Assembly: GCF_036971445.1 (NCBI RefSeq)
Contig: NC_091474.1
Location: 82,584,001-82,648,000, forward strand
DNA: 64,000 nt
Direction of reading: 5' to 3'
From: Narcine bancroftii
Taxonomy: Eukaryota
Shown: positions 1 to 13,149 of the stretch, in pieces
Numbering within the stretch: the stretch's first letter is position 1
Layout: each line of letters begins with the position of its first letter
Translations under genes and position numbers: made by a program
The notes under the pieces: generated by a model
The model's input: only the letters and a program-made list of their open reading frames with translations
Told to the model about the DNA's origin: nothing
Database searches by the model: none

Positions 1-528
1 GGAAATGTTCACCAGGTCAAAGAGAAACATGTTGGGTCCAGGGTCTGAAACATTGTCTTTCCATAGTCTGATCTGTTGAGAGATTCCCCATAAACTGGTC
101 TGTTTGAGACTTCTGAATTTCTGCTATCAATAAGATAAGAAATTCTAAAGCTGCTATCATTTTCCTGGTGCAATGAAGGAAAAGACCTTCTCTGGTGGAG
201 TAACACCAAAATCTCCCAGGTGGCAAATCCCATTGGCTGATGCAGCCACAGTCTCTGGAGGGCACCTGTGACAGGGAACACATACAGTTGCCAAGGCTGG
301 GAAGAGGCAGGCAGATCTTTCAGCCTGTACTCATCTGAACTGGATCTCACCTTCAAGGAGTGCCAGTCATTTTCATAATACAGAGGTGAGAATTAAGCCC
401 ATCAAGCTGCATTGTCATTCAAATCATGGCTATATTTTCCATTCAACCCATTATCCTGCCTTTTCCCCATCATGCCCATACTAGTACATCTCAGAGACAT
501 GGGGTTTGGTAGGTTTCAATGTACTGTA

Positions 529-3231
529 CTCTTCTTTGGCTTGGCTTCGCGGACGAAGATTTATGGAGGGGGTAAAAAGTCCACGTCAGCTGCAGGCTCG
601 TTTGTGGCTGACCAGTCCGATGCGGGACAGGCAGACACGATTGCAGCGGTTGCAAGGGAAAATTGGTTGGTTGGGGTTGGGTGTTGGGTTTTTCCTCCTT
701 TGCCTTTTGTCAGTGAGGTGGGCTCTGCGGTCTTCTTCAAAGGAGGCTGCTGCCCGCCAAACTGTGAGGCGCCAAGATGCACGGTTTGAGGCGTTATCAG
801 CCCACTGGCGGTGGTCAATGTGGCAGGCACCAAGAGATTTCTTTAGGCAGTCCTTGTACCTTTTCTTTGGTGCACCTCTGTCACGGTGGCCAGTGGAGAG
901 CTCGCCATATAATACGATCTTGGGAAGGCGATGGTCCTCCATTCTGGAGACGTGACCCATCCAGCGCAGCTGGATCTTCAGCAGCGTGGACTCGATGCTG
1001 TCGACCTCTGCCATCTCGAGTACCTCGACGTTAGGGGTGTGAGCGCTCCAATGGATGTTGAGGATGGAGCGGAGACAACGCTGGTGGAAGCGTTCTAGGA
1101 GCCGTAGGTGGTGCCGGTAGAGGACCCATGATTCGGAGCCGAACAGGAGTGTGGGTATGACAACGGCTCTGTATACGCTTATCTTTGTGAGGTTTTTCAG
1201 TTGGTTGTTTTTCCAGACTCTTTTGTGTAGTCTTCCAAAGGCGCTATTTGCCTTGGCGAGTCTGTTGTCTATCTCATTGTCGATCCTTGCATCTGATGAA
1301 ATGGTGCAGCCGAGATAGGTAAACTGGTTGACCGTTTTGAGTTTTGTGTGCCCGATGGAGATGTGGGGGGGCTGGTAGTCATGGTGGGGAGCTGGCTGAT
1401 GGAGGACCTCAGTTTTCTTCAGGCTGACTTCCAGGCCAAACATTTTGGCAGTTTCCGCAAAGCAGGACGTCAAGCGCTGAAGAGCTGGCTCTGAATGGGC
1501 AACTAAAGCGGCATCATCTGCAAAGAGTAGTTCACGGACAAGTTTCTCTTGTGTCTTGGTGTGAGCTTGCAGGCGCCTCAGATTGAAGAGACTGCCATCC
1601 GTGCGGTACCGGATGTAAACAGCGTCTTCATTGTTGGGGTCTTTCATGGCTTGGTTCAGCATCATGCTGAAGAAGATTGAAAAGAGGGTTGGTGCGAGAA
1701 CACAGCCTTGCTTCACGCCATTGTTAATGGAGAAGGGTTCAGAGAGCTCATTGCTGTATCTGACCCGACCTTGTTGGTTTTCGTGCAGTTGGATAATCAT
1801 GTTGAGGAACTTTGGGGGACATCCGATGCGCTCTAGTATTTGCCAAAGCCCTTTCCTGCTCACGGTGTCGAAGGCTTTGGTGAGGTCAACAAAGGTGATG
1901 TAGAGTCCTTTGTTTTGTTCTCTGCACTTTTCTTGGAGCTGTCTGAGGGCAAAGACCATGTCAGTGGTTCCTCTGTTTGCGCGAAAGCCGCACTGTGATT
2001 CTGGGAGAATATTCTCGGCGACACTAGGTATTATTCTATTTAGTAGAATCCTAGCGAAGATTTTGCCTGCAATGGAGAGCAACGTGATTCCCCTGTAGTT
2101 TGAGCAGTCTGATTTCTCGCCTTTGTTTTTGTACAGGGTGATGATGATGGCATCACGAAGATCCTGAGGCAGTTTACCTTGGTCCCAACAAAGCTTGAAA
2201 AACTCATGCAGTTTGGCATGCAGAGTTTTGCCGCCAGCCTTCCAGACTTCTGGGGGGATTCCATCCATACCTGCTGCTTTGCCACTTTTCAGTTGTTCGA
2301 TTGCCTTATATGTCTCATCCAGGGTGGGAACCTCATCCAGCTCTAGCCTTAGGGGCTGTTGAGGGAGCTGGAGCAGGGCGGAATCTTGGACTGAGCGGTT
2401 GGTACTGAAAAGAGATTGGAAGTGTTCTGACCATCGGTTGAGGATGGAGATCTTGTCGCTGAGGAGGACTTTGCCGTCTGAGCTGCGCAGCGGGCTTTGG
2501 ACTTGGGGTGAGGGGCCGTACACAGCCTTTAGAGCCTCGTAGAAACCCCTGAAGTCGCCAATGTCCGCGCTGAGCTGTGTTCATTTGGCGAGGCTAGTCC
2601 ACCACTCATTTTGGATCTCCCGGAGTTTGCGCTGAAGATGGCTGCATGCGCGACGGAAGGCTTGTTTTTTCTCTGGACAGGACGGCTTTGTAAGGTGAGC
2701 CTGGTGGGCAGCTCGCTTCTTTGCCAGCAGCTCCTGGATTTCCTGGCTGTTTTCGTCAAACCAGTCCTTGTTTTTCCTGGAGGAGAAGCCCAGTACCTCT
2801 TCAGTGGATTGCAGTATGGTAGTCTTCAACTGATCCCAGAGGGTTTCAGGGGACGGGTCCGGGAGGCGGGTTGCAACGTCGAGCTTTGCTTTGAGGTTTG
2901 CCTGGAAGTTTCCTCTCGCTTCGTCTGACTGCAGTTTTCCAACATTGAACCTCTTTCTGGGGGCTTTATTGTTCCTGGGCTTTGGCTTGAAGTGAAGGTT
3001 GAGCTTGCAGCGAACCAGCCGGTGGTCAGTGTGGCATTCCGCGCTAGGCATGACCCTGGTGTGGAGCACATCTTGTTTGTCACTTTCTCGCACCAGGATG
3101 TAGTCCAGGAGGTGCCAGTGTTTGGATCGGGGATGCATCCAGGTGGTCTTAAGGCTGTCCCTCTGCTGAAAAAGGGTGTTTGTAATGACAAGCCGCTGTT
3201 CTGCGCAGAGCTCCAACAGGAGGCGCCCATT
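529..3231 (-). mobile_element. RTE-clade LINE, 5'-truncated, young (copy 1)
   Basis: ORFs 2581..3384 and 586..2523 are in the same frame, separated by one TGA at 2581-2583 (likely CGA>TGA). They encode the APE endonuclease C-terminus (TWMHPRSKHWHLLDYIL, TDHRLV), RT (QGCVLAP, LFADD) and a C-terminal CxxC...SRIGLVSHKRAC knuckle. The short 3' UTR ends GCCAAAGAAGAG. Confidence 0.95.
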
Positions 3232-3339
3232 ATATTCCGTCCTGTGTAAAGGGTGACCTCGACCACTACTTTGGGCCAAATATCCTGTATAAAAGTCAAC
3301 CGCTGCCCCCCCGTTTGCCCATCTAAACTTCCAAAGTTC

Positions 3340-3565
3340 CAACCACGAACCCTCGCCTTGGCCACCTGCCCACTGAGCTCCCAATGACCGGACTGCAGAC
3401 CCTCATCCAGATTGCCCGCCCATCCAAGCTCCTGACACCACAAATGTAGACCCTTGTCCTGGCCATTCACCCATCCGAGCTCCCGACACACCACCTAGTT
3501 CTGGCCATCTGAGCTCCTGACATTCCAAACGTAAACTTACCACCCTATCCGAGCACCTGACGTCT
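3340..3565. repeat. Degenerate tandem repeat inside an older DNA-element relic (about 3232-3675)
   Basis: Motif CATCCGAGCTCCTGAC recurs about five times at 35-55 bp spacing. Confidence 0.55.
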
Positions 3566-4045
3566 TGAATGGCACAGGTCAAAAGTGGTATCCATTTAAA
3601 GTTGACCCCCCTGGCCCCCACCAAATTTGATCTGAAAAATTGGTCCAAAAAACTTGACTATTACATAGTATGTACTTAGTTGGCCTCTGTCAACTGTCCC
3701 TGCTGTAGAGGCGAGGGGTAGAATCCAGGGTAAGTTGACAAAAATGTGCAGAGAATAGAAAAAATGTTAGTGTAAATGGATACCTGGAGCTTGGTGTAAT
3801 TTCAGTGGGTTGAAGGGTCTGTTTCAGTATTGTGTCCCTCTGTGACTCAATGCATGGCCACCACAGGTGATTTTCTTGGCACTGCTTCTGCAAAAGCCAG
3901 GCCAATTATCTCCCCTACAGTTTGTGTGACATAGTTGAGGTACAATGAATCTCAAAGCTTTAAAGCAAAAAAAAACCCTGCACTTTAAATGGGATTGTAA
4001 TTTTAAACTTCATCATGAATAAGCAGACCACCAAAACATACTCAC

Positions 4046-4434
4046 GGTGATTCGATTTATTTGGAACAGGGACAAAGTTTGTGCAGATGTATCGGGGTCG
4101 AATTGATAGGTGATCAGGTTCATGTTGTCAGCAGAACGGGCTTGAATCTGAACCACCTCAGTCCCAGTGGCGATGTTCTCCGTGACTGTAGCTTCGTATG
4201 TTGCATTTGTAAACTGTACAGGTTCGTCCAACTCATTTAATAAGGTGACGTACACGGTGCAATGACCCTTGTTGTGAGGTGGTGTCTGGTCCATGGCAGA
4301 GATGTTCATCAGATAACTGGTGCTCGTTTCATAGTCCAGGTAATCTACTGTGGTAATGAGACCTGTACTCTCGTCAATGGAAAACTTGTCTTCTGATCCA
4401 GTTAGAATTGTGTAGGCCACAATACCTCCACCCC
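4046..4434 (-). CDS. CDH23: Cadherin-23 coding exon (equivalent to human exon 32), 389 bp
   Basis: tttccag|GG GGT GGA...ATC ACC|gtgagt translates GGGIVAYTILTGSEDKFSIDESTGLITTVDYLDYETSTSYLMNISAMDQTPPHNKGHCTVYVTLLNELDEPVQF...SLFQINRIT. It contains LDYE and the CDH23-specific atypical linker LLNELDE. Confidence 0.96.
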
Positions 4435-4980
4435 CTGGAAATGAGCACAAAATATTCCATTTCATTTTCTAATTCTCCTGTAAAAAAAGACTAGAAACAC
4501 CATAAATAATAATGCCTTCAAAATCAATATCAGGTCCTGATTCCACACACTAACTCTGATTGCATGAATGTATTTGATAAATATATAAAAGGAAAACGGT
4601 GTCAATCATGTCCCATTTGTTAACATCTTGCCCGAGTCCAAAAAAATGACGGGTTCAAGTCCTATCCAGCTGAAACTAAAATGAATTAGCCAGCACTTCC
4701 TCAATTAAGTTTGAGTGATAAATGCTGAACTTGAAATGGCATCCAGATTCCCATAAATGAATGGAAGAAAAACTAAGATGACGAGCCTTTCTGTGGCTTG
4801 ACTCCGCTTTTCCCAATCAATGTCCGAATCCTTTGACCCACTTTACCCTCAATCAACTCTGTGACTGAACATCACAGACCTGAAATCCATGAATTCACAA
4901 CCCTGAGAGAGGAAATCTCTCCCTGTCTCAATGCTTGAGGAGGTACTACTTTCTGCTCAAGCCCAGGCTGAGGGGGTTAC

Positions 4981-5116
4981 CCGTGTCCCGGTCGGATGCT
5001 CGGACCACGATGACTGACGTGCCAATCCCTGCCGTTTCTCTCAAGCCCAGCCGGTTGTACTGCTGTTGAGTGAAAACAGGCACCTCATCATTCACATCCT
5101 CCACATGCACGATGAC
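4981..5116 (-). CDS. CDH23: Cadherin-23 coding exon (equivalent to human exon 31), 136 bp
   Basis: cttttcttgcctag|GTC ATC GTG CAT...CGG GAC ACG G|gtaac translates VIVHVEDVNDEVPVFTQQQYNRLGLRETAGIGTSVIVVRASDRDT(G). This is nearly identical to human VIVYVEDINDEAPVFTQQQYSRLGLRETAGIGTSVIVVQATDRDS. Confidence 0.96.
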
Positions 5117-5383
5117 CTAGGCAAGAAAAGATCAAGTCAACTATTTGGGAAAGGCAAGTGAAGCAAGTTGCCACAATCACATCAACAATTTAGTTACCCT
5201 ATCAAGGCTCACCAGTAGGGTAACTTAATGTGGTATTTTCTTATAAAAGGTGCAGAGAAAATTAAACTAGGATGGAAAAGATAATGCAGGATCTCAGTGA
5301 GGCAGCAGAGGGTGGTCCTGTGGCTCAGTGTGCAGTACTCCTGCCTTCCAGACCTCAGTTCTTTTCTGTTATTGCACTAATTA

Positions 5384-5941
5384 CGCTAAGCAATGAATAT
5401 TTTGCTTTCCTGAACACTTATGAGTGTATTTTATGGATTTTGAGCTGCTGATCATGAAAGTTACCTTAAATATTTTGATCACGTACCAATTTTTAGATAT
5501 GATCTATTTGTGTGATTTCCTGTCCTATTTTAAGTCTACTTCAAGCATACAAAACCATAAAATTCTGCATTTTCTGCATTTGCACTTGGACTTCTTCCCT
5601 GCTGATCTTGGTGCCGTCAGTGACGGACACGGTGAAAGATTTCACTCGGACATTGTGACTATGGAAAAGCGGTATTGGGGCAAATGGAATCCATCAATGC
5701 TGGCCGACTATTGTTGGACACTGACATGAGAGGCATCAGATGCCGAGTACAAATTAAAATCAGCAGTTGAAGTAATGCATTTAATCAGCATCATTGAGCA
5801 ATTGGACATGCTAAATTCAATAAAAGTTAATTGAATGTTTATTCAACTTCCAACGTGATTCAGCAAATCTGAAATTATCTTTGTGTTCATCTTGAAGTTT
5901 ATTTTTCAGGAAGTAAACATTTTAAAAATTATTTTCCAGTG
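5384..5941 (+). mobile_element. Chapaev3-like DNA transposon derivative
   Basis: TTA flanks at 5381-5383 and 5942-5944, end TTTCCAGTG. Remnant LHLHLDFFPADLGAVSDGHGERFH...MEKRYWGKWNPSMLADYCWTL. Confidence 0.75.
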
Positions 5942-6489
5942 TTATTTATTTTTTAAATCTTGTATTTACAGAGAGTTAAGTAAAAACACAGAACTCAGGC
6001 GGTCTCGCAAAGCCCATAGGAGGTAAAGATATATTACCAATCTTTCGGGCCTGAGGCTTTCTTCAAGGTATAAGTAAAATTATAGAGAGAAGGGAGAAGA
6101 ATAAGAGGGGGAGGAATCCAGACCAATGGGACAAAAGGTGTTAATTGGATGTGATAAGAGGAAAGGTGATTTTGGCTCTGTGAAAGGAGACAGAGGGAAA
6201 AGGGAAGAGAGAGAGTGAGACAGAACAAGGAAAGGAGACAGGGGGGAAGATGGGTGGGGGGGGTAGTTTAATGGAAACTGGAGAAGCCAATGTTAATGCC
6301 ACCCAGTTGGAGGGTGCCCAGACTTCTCCACTTTGCGGGTGGTCTCAATCTGTCAATGCATGAGACCTTGGACAGACATGTCAGCAAGGGATGAGATGCC
6401 AAATTAATTTCATTTCCCTTTTGAATGCTGTGACTGAATTGTTTCCCACATTGTTTCAAGATGTTGTCGAGTGAGATTTTGGCTCTTAC

Positions 6490-6638
6490 TCTGACTGAGC
6501 TCCTCATCCTCCCAAAGTCACCATTGTAAGCCTCCACCTCCAAGACATGGGTGGAGCTGCTCTCTCTGTCCAGCGGTTGGTTTCCTCTGGAGATGAGCCC
6601 AGTGGCCTGCTCCATTTGGAAATTGTCATTGGAGTTCC
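6490..6638 (-). CDS. CDH23: Cadherin-23 coding exon (equivalent to human exon 30), 149 bp
   Basis: ttttttcttctcag|GG AAC TCC...GTC AGA|gtaaga translates (G)NSNDNFQMEQATGLISRGNQPLDRESSSTHVLEVEAYNGDFGRMRSSVR, with the LDRE cadherin motif. It lies within ORF 6268..6717. Confidence 0.95.
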
Positions 6639-7189
6639 CTGAGAAGAAAAAAAATACACACATCAAGCCAAGAATTCTGAAGCTAAAAATATTATCTCCT
6701 TGACCAGCTTTCCTCACAACTGTTAGAACGATAATTTATTTTCTTGTTGACTTCCTACATGGTGCAGGATGCAGCCTGTGATAGCTCCACAATTACTGTG
6801 AAGATGCAGGAAGCCCATGTGGCTGATAAAAAAAGCCTTTATTAGCTATCCCTTGGAGAAATGAGAGGGTAACTCACGCCAGTGACAGTAGTGGTGTCCT
6901 GTTGTTGGTTTGACTTCGGAAGTTGCCACTTATTTCACTTTGGCACTAAACTACTTCACAGCAGTTTAGAGATACCACATGGTAACAGGCCCTTCCAGCC
7001 CACCAGCCTGAGCTGCCCAAACACACCCATGTGACAAATTAGCCCCATCCATCTTTTGAATGTGGGAGGAAACCCATGATGATACAGGGGGAGTGTACAA
7101 ACATTCAGCGCCAGATTCAAACGTGGGTCGTTGGGGCTGTAACAGCGATGTGCTAACCGTTACGCTATCCGTGTCACCTTGCCAAACAC

Positions 7190-7770
7190 TAGTGGTGAAG
7201 AAGGTGAGTGCAACGTTGGCATTCATTTCTGGAGGAATAGCATACAAGAGCAGGGATGTAATGTTGAGGACTCATGTGGAGAAGTGTGTACAGTTTTTAG
7301 TGCCTTATTTGAGTAAAGACATGTTGGCATTGGAAAGGATTCAGAGAAGATTTTCTGGAATGATGCTAGGAATGAATAGCATATGAGGAATGATTGTCGA
7401 CGCTTGGACTATGTACAGAAGGATGGGGGTGGGGGGTCCTCATTGAGGCATTTTGAATGCTGAAAGGCCTGAAGTTGATGTGGCAAGGATGTTTCCCATG
7501 GTATGGCAAGAGGGCCATAATTTCAGGATAAGAAGGCGTCATTTAAAAGAGGCGCAGAAAATTTATTTAGTCAGATGGAATTTGTTGCCATAGGCAACTG
7601 TGGAAGCGAGGTGTATTTAAGGTAGAGATTGACACGCATTTGATTAGTCAAGGCATCAAGGGTTATGGGGAGAAAGCCGGGGAGGGGGCTGAGTGGGAGG
7701 ATGGATCAACTCATGAATACAATGGCGGAACAGACTCCATGCACGTACTTCTGCTCCTATGTCTTGTGTT
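7190..7770 (+). mobile_element. CR1-like LINE 3' fragment
   Basis: LAFISGGIAYKSRDVML...CVQF..PYLSKDMLALERIQRRFSGM, followed by a CR1-type 3' end. Confidence 0.8.
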
Positions 7771-8351
7771 CTTGTGAGTTGAACAGAAGCATGGCATTTA
7801 GCCTTAACTGCATTGACCTGACTGATTTACTCTCTCCACAGAGAGTATTTATTTTATCTTCTTCCAATAATGACTATCTTAAAAAGTGGAATGGCCTAAT
7901 TTTCCAAAGCATCCTCTGTGAATAAACCTCTGGGGAAGGACACTTTTGGAGTCTAATAGTTTCAAGATCCTATTGTAGCTGCCTTCACCACCAATGCCGG
8001 TGGCACATTCCACATACCCACCACTCTTTGTGTCCCCTGTACTTACTCCCAAGCACCTTAAAACTCTGCCCCTTGTGTTAGCCATTTCAGCGCTGGGGGA
8101 AAAAAAACCCTCTGGCCATTCACATGACCACCTTCTGTGATTGACAGTGAATGGAAGACCCCAGCACTCCTGCTGAAAGAGATTCCCTCACTAATGGTAA
8201 TGAAATATTTGTGACCTTTCTGTCTAGCCAGTGCATCTACACAGCCAAACTCCATGGAAAACAGCTGCTTCCAGCGCAAATAGCTCCTTGAATTCGATTG
8301 CAATGCTTCATGCAAAGTCAGCCAGGTGTTGGAGGAGCAGGTTAATGTTAC

Positions 8352-8412
8352 CTGAGAGGATTCTATACCAAATCTTCCCATTATCTCCTTCATCTGCATC
8401 AGTGGCTTCCAC
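8352..8412 (-). CDS. CDH23: Cadherin-23 coding exon (equivalent to human exon 29), 61 bp
   Basis: ttttgctttaatag|GTG GAA GCC ACT GAT GCA GAT GAA GGA...CTC TCA G|gtaac translates VEATDADEGDNGKIWYRILS(G), versus human LKATDADEGEFGRVWYRILH(G). Phases are compatible with both neighbouring exons. Confidence 0.95.
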
Positions 8413-9233
8413 CTATTAAAGCAAAAGGAAAGCCAGATTCAGCAGAAACGCCCACAATGAGCAGCTTCTGAGCTGCACAGGCAGGCTAAATCTCAGAGCC
8501 AGGTTTTCACGCCTCAAAGATACCAAAACTGGAATTGAGGTGCAATCTCTTTTCCCAATCACCAGGACAAAAATTGCTTTTGCAAACATCAACCCTCTCA
8601 GAAACACATCAGAGAGAATCTTCTCACTTATTACTTCACGAGACATGAACAATGAAGTCAGCACTCACAGGCGATGTCAAGATGCCTTTGAGAAAGGAGT
8701 GGTATGTCACTTTTTGTAAGTATTGCAGCTGCTTTGGTAAAGGTGTGCCTGTTGTAAACTGAGACCAAGCATTAATGAAGGAACAGCCAATATTAGAAGG
8801 GTGCGGTGTTAGAGGATAATCTGCAATGTAATGGTGTCCCTTACAGCTATGGCCTCGCAGTAAATGCTGTGGGTTTGGGATGCGCTGTCAAATCAGCCAA
8901 TGTGTGGTTTGCAGCTGGCGTCCACTGCATTTCTAACTTGTGGGTGACAGAAGGAGTGGATCACAAAAACAAGTCAATGTGATTAAACACAAGAACTGCA
9001 GATGCCGGAACCTTGAGCGGACGGAGAAAAGATGGAGGGATACAGAAGGCCAAACAGCAGGTTTTTGGGAGGGAACTGAGAAAACCAACAGGGTCACAGA
9101 GAGACATGCAAACTTCACACAGACAGCACCTGAGGTCAGGATTGAATGCAACAAGCTGATGGAGCTTTAGTTTAACGGAGCCAATCTTGCCATCAGCTCC
9201 ATCGTAAACAGCTTATATTTCATTATATCCACT

Positions 9234-9843
9234 CACTGACAATGAAGATTTTGCTTCCTGGATACTTTTGGGTGTATTTTATAAATTGTGGGCTGCTGAT
9301 CATGAAAATCACCTGACAATTTTCCTATCACGTCTTTCAGATAGAACCTATTTTTGTGATTTCCTGTTGTATTTTAAGTCTACTTCAAGCATACAAAACC
9401 ATGAAGTACCACATGTACCATTGAAAATTAATTTTCTGCATTTGCACTTGGACTTCTTCCCTGCTGATCTTGGTGCCGTCAGTGATGTACATGGTGAAAG
9501 ATTTCACTAGGACATTGTGACCATGGGAAAGCGGTATCGGGGCAAATGGAATCCATCCATGCTGGTCGACTATTGTTGGACACTGACACAAGAGGTATCA
9601 GATGCTGAGTCCAAATGAAAATCAGTGGCAAAACATTATTAGGTCAGTTGAACTAATGCAACATGTCAGCGTCATGACGCGATTAAACATGCTAAATTAA
9701 ATAAAAGTTAATTTAATGTTTCTCCAACTTCATACATGATACAAAAATCTGAAATGATCTTTGTGTTCAGCTTTAAGTTCACTATCAGAATCCCCAATCT
9801 TTTTTCAGGAAGAAAACCCTTTGAAAAAATTTGTTGTTCAGTG
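9234..9843 (+). mobile_element. Chapaev3-like DNA transposon derivative
   Basis: CACTGACAA...TTGTTCAGTG ends and the same transposase remnant (LKINFLHLHLDFFPADLGAVSDVHGERFH). Confidence 0.75.
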
Positions 9844-12800
9844 TTTTTTTTAAATGATATAGAACCAGAGAAGACCCTTCCAGTCTATGAAAGCTGTGCT
9901 GCCCAATTTCACCCAATGAACCCACCAACAATATCGACTTTGGAGAATGACAGGAAACCAGAGCACCCAGAGAAAACCCATGCATGTTACGGGGAGGCAG
10001 CGCTGGATTTGAACGGGGTCGCTGGCGCTGTAATAGCATTGTGCTAACTACTGTGCTAACCCTGCTGCCCAATCACTGAACCCTTCTGTTTCTGGTCATT
10101 CTCGATCACAGGTATGTATAATATTAATCACATTTCTCACACCATCACTTCCTTCATTGAAGTGTGTGTCATCTCCAACTTAAGGTCTTTGATAGCACCT
10201 CCCAAACCCTCATTAACATCTGTAGACAAATAAAAATACTATCACGTGAGAGCAGACCCAATTTTATCCAATTATTTTCTCAATTTATATTTTCCCATTA
10301 GCAAGAACGATCTGGTCCCTCTATTATCTCAATATCAGAACTAAACTATTATTTTGCTGCTATCTGTCTGATTTCATGAAGCCAGGTGAGGCATCAAGAT
10401 AATCATATGAATATTAACAGATAATTCTGAGGCTAAATACATGCAAAAGTTTCACTTTCAAGAGATTCAAGATGTAATAAAACAGGTGTAATATTACACA
10501 AAATTAGCTTTAGTCTACTGGAAGGCAGACAGATTAGCCATCAGCAGAAATTACAGGTGCCTCCTACAATCAGAGTCAGAGAAACAAAGACAGAAGTCCC
10601 CCCCACCCCAGAGTCACTGAGTTTCTGTGGTCTCGCCTCCAGCGCTCCCGCAGCCTCCACAGCTACTCAGGCTCCATTCCAAACCATCGGCAACCTGAGC
10701 TCCAGATCCAAACCGCCGGCACTATCAGGAAGCCTTCAGCGTCCTTGGCACCCTTTTGTATCTCGGTTCTGTTGGATCTTTTAACGAGCATTTTTAATCC
10801 TGTACGGAGCCATCAGCAGTTGGATTGGGCGCTCGACCCTGCGGAAGAGCGCTGTGTCTTCACTCTCCACAGGTCCACACCAGCAGCAGTGCTACCGTTA
10901 CAAGTAGCTCCGGCATTGGACCATTTTTTTTCTAAACACGCATTTTCTAAACAAATTGTTAAAAAATTGATCAAGAGACAATAATAATTTTGGATGTATT
11001 GGTGGTTCCTTCTGAACCTGCAGATGGAGCTCTTCCATTAGGAGCACAAGTCAACACGAATTGATTCAATATTTCATTTTCTGTTTGAAAAAAAGTGAAT
11101 TTGGAGTTAAGCAACGAGAAATTGCGATGTACAGAAATGGATTTAAAAAATTTTGTGTATTCAGAAAAAAAATGTTGCCTAAAGTGGGATTGCAAGTACA
11201 GTTATTATCGCACAAAGAAATTGCTCTGCTAGCAAGGAACAACTCGGACACCATGGCTTAAAAGCATTAACACAGTGTTGAAAGAGTGGTCTGCTGAATG
11301 CCATGCCATCAGAAGCTATAAATTGAAGATTGTCCATCTTCCTCTCCCTGGTCACTCACAATTGGCAGTTACTCACAAGTTTCTATTTTAACAAGGATTG
11401 CACGCAGATTCGAGCAAATGCATTATTCTAAATACAGATCTAACCTGCATTTTCTTGCTAACCGATTATTTTCTCCCTCTCTGAATAGTTATTCCCTTTC
11501 AAAATGTAATGCACTGGACAACCTTTTATGTGCCAGAGGCACTTTAGCCCTTTTACTTGGAAGATGACAACTTTCACAGATCCAAGTTGCACTTAAACCC
11601 CAGGCTCTGTAAAAAAAAAACGCTCCTGGAGACAATATTTGGTTTTTAATCTTCCTTTTTTCCAATTCAAACAAGAGTGTGCTATTGGAACCCCACACAA
11701 ACCTTTTGAAATTTGAAAACTTCTATCTGCAGAGACAGACGAGATCAATACACAAAACTCACGTAATGAGAAAATGGATGTTGGAAGGTTTATCTTAAAA
11801 ATCATCAATAAATGATTTCCAAGTAAACAAAACAATCTTCTTGCATGTGCTTCAATTCTGTCGGTTTTGTCCACTCCCTACATTCTTGTCGGCTTTCCAG
11901 TTGCTAACCTCAGATTTACTGGTTTGTGGAAGGATTCTCAGACTGGAGAAGCAGGAGTTAGTTGGTGACTGTAAATTATCCCTAACACGTGCATGAATAG
12001 AAGAGTCTAGTGGGTGGGGGGGGGGGGGGGGGGGTGAGGGGAAGAAAATTGGATCAGTGTGTGTAAAAAAAAAAATGGATTAGCATGAACCTGAAAGGTC
12101 TGCTTTGGTTCTGTTTAACTCCCAGCCCTTTCCGTTGATAAACATCATTAGCCATGGCAGCTTGGAGCTGAGGAACATGCTGGAAGACTATAGATCTGGT
12201 TATGAGACAGTCTTGGACTCAGTGGCCAAGGCTGACTAACTTTAGCAATCAAATTGGTTTGGGAGGGGACAGGTATATTCCAATCACACAGAAACCATGG
12301 CTATAGTGTAAACTCCACATGAAGTTCAGCTTCTTTTCCTATTTAGCCATAAGTCATTCAAATGCTTGTCTGCAGTCAGGCACCTAAAGATAACATGAAA
12401 CAAAGTGTATTCTTATTGAATGGTGAAACAAGCTCGAGGATCCAATTGGCCTGTTCTTGCTTCTAATTCATATCTATCAGAACCTAATTGAAAATGAGCA
12501 CAATAGTTTTGGAAAAGAGAGGATAAACCATAAGCTCCTGGAGGAATTCAGCAAGTCATACTGTTTCCATGGGTAGAAATGATCAGTCAACATTTTGGGT
12601 CAGGACCCCTCACTGAGACTAACAGAGGAAGAGTAATATCAAGCATGGAAAGAACCTGGGCTGGGGCTATGAGGTGATAGGGGATGGGACAGAAGGTTGG
12701 AGAAACAGGAGGAAGCCACCAGAGAGGATGGGGAAAGGTGTTCAGTTCTGCTCTGTTTGTGGGTCTTGATCTTCCATGAGCCAATCATTTCAGTTCCTTG

Positions 12801-13149
12801 CAGCATTCTCAGAGACATGTCTATCCTATTTTAGGTAACCCCCACCTCTATCTTGTTCCAGTGTTTCCAGCCCTTCTTTACCTTCTGTTCTTACTTTCCT
12901 CTCTAACTTTCCCTCCTCTTAGTGGTTTCTCTGTCTCTCCCACCTTCTGCCTAGTACCCAATCACAGCTCCTCCCCAGCCACTTCCTTCCCTTATATACT
13001 TGATATCACCTCCTCCTACTTTAGTCTCAATGAAAGGTCCTGACACAAAATGTTGAGTAACCATTTCTACTCTCCAGCATATGCAGTACTTGTGTTTATG
13101 GAATGTCTGTCTGCTTCCTTGAACACAAATAATACTCTCCTGCCACTTA

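Noticed and set aside
9-356. Minus-strand acceptor-like site (ttccctgtcacag near 270) and short ORFs as a possible next CDH23 exon
   Set aside because: No frame resembles the expected continuation (GVITV.G.VDRE...). The next exon is presumably left of the window.
412-3249. Plus-strand ORFs overlapping RTE copy 1, and the minus-strand equivalents at 53-54 kb and 63 kb
   Set aside because: They are antisense shadows of the RTE ORF and recur wherever the element is copied.
3340-3565. Repeat-spacer-like periodicity resembling a CRISPR array
   Set aside because: The repeats are degenerate with irregular, related spacers in a vertebrate intron and there are no cas genes. It is an internal tandem repeat of a transposon relic.
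11440-11490. Strong-looking plus-strand branch point, pyrimidine tract and AG
   Set aside because: No recognisable coding exon or partner donor follows, so it cannot be supported without transcript data.
12010-12040. Long G runs (also near 34040, 42825 and 47860) as G-quadruplex elements
   Set aside because: They are simple homopolymers, often inside repeats, with unreliable length and no functional context.
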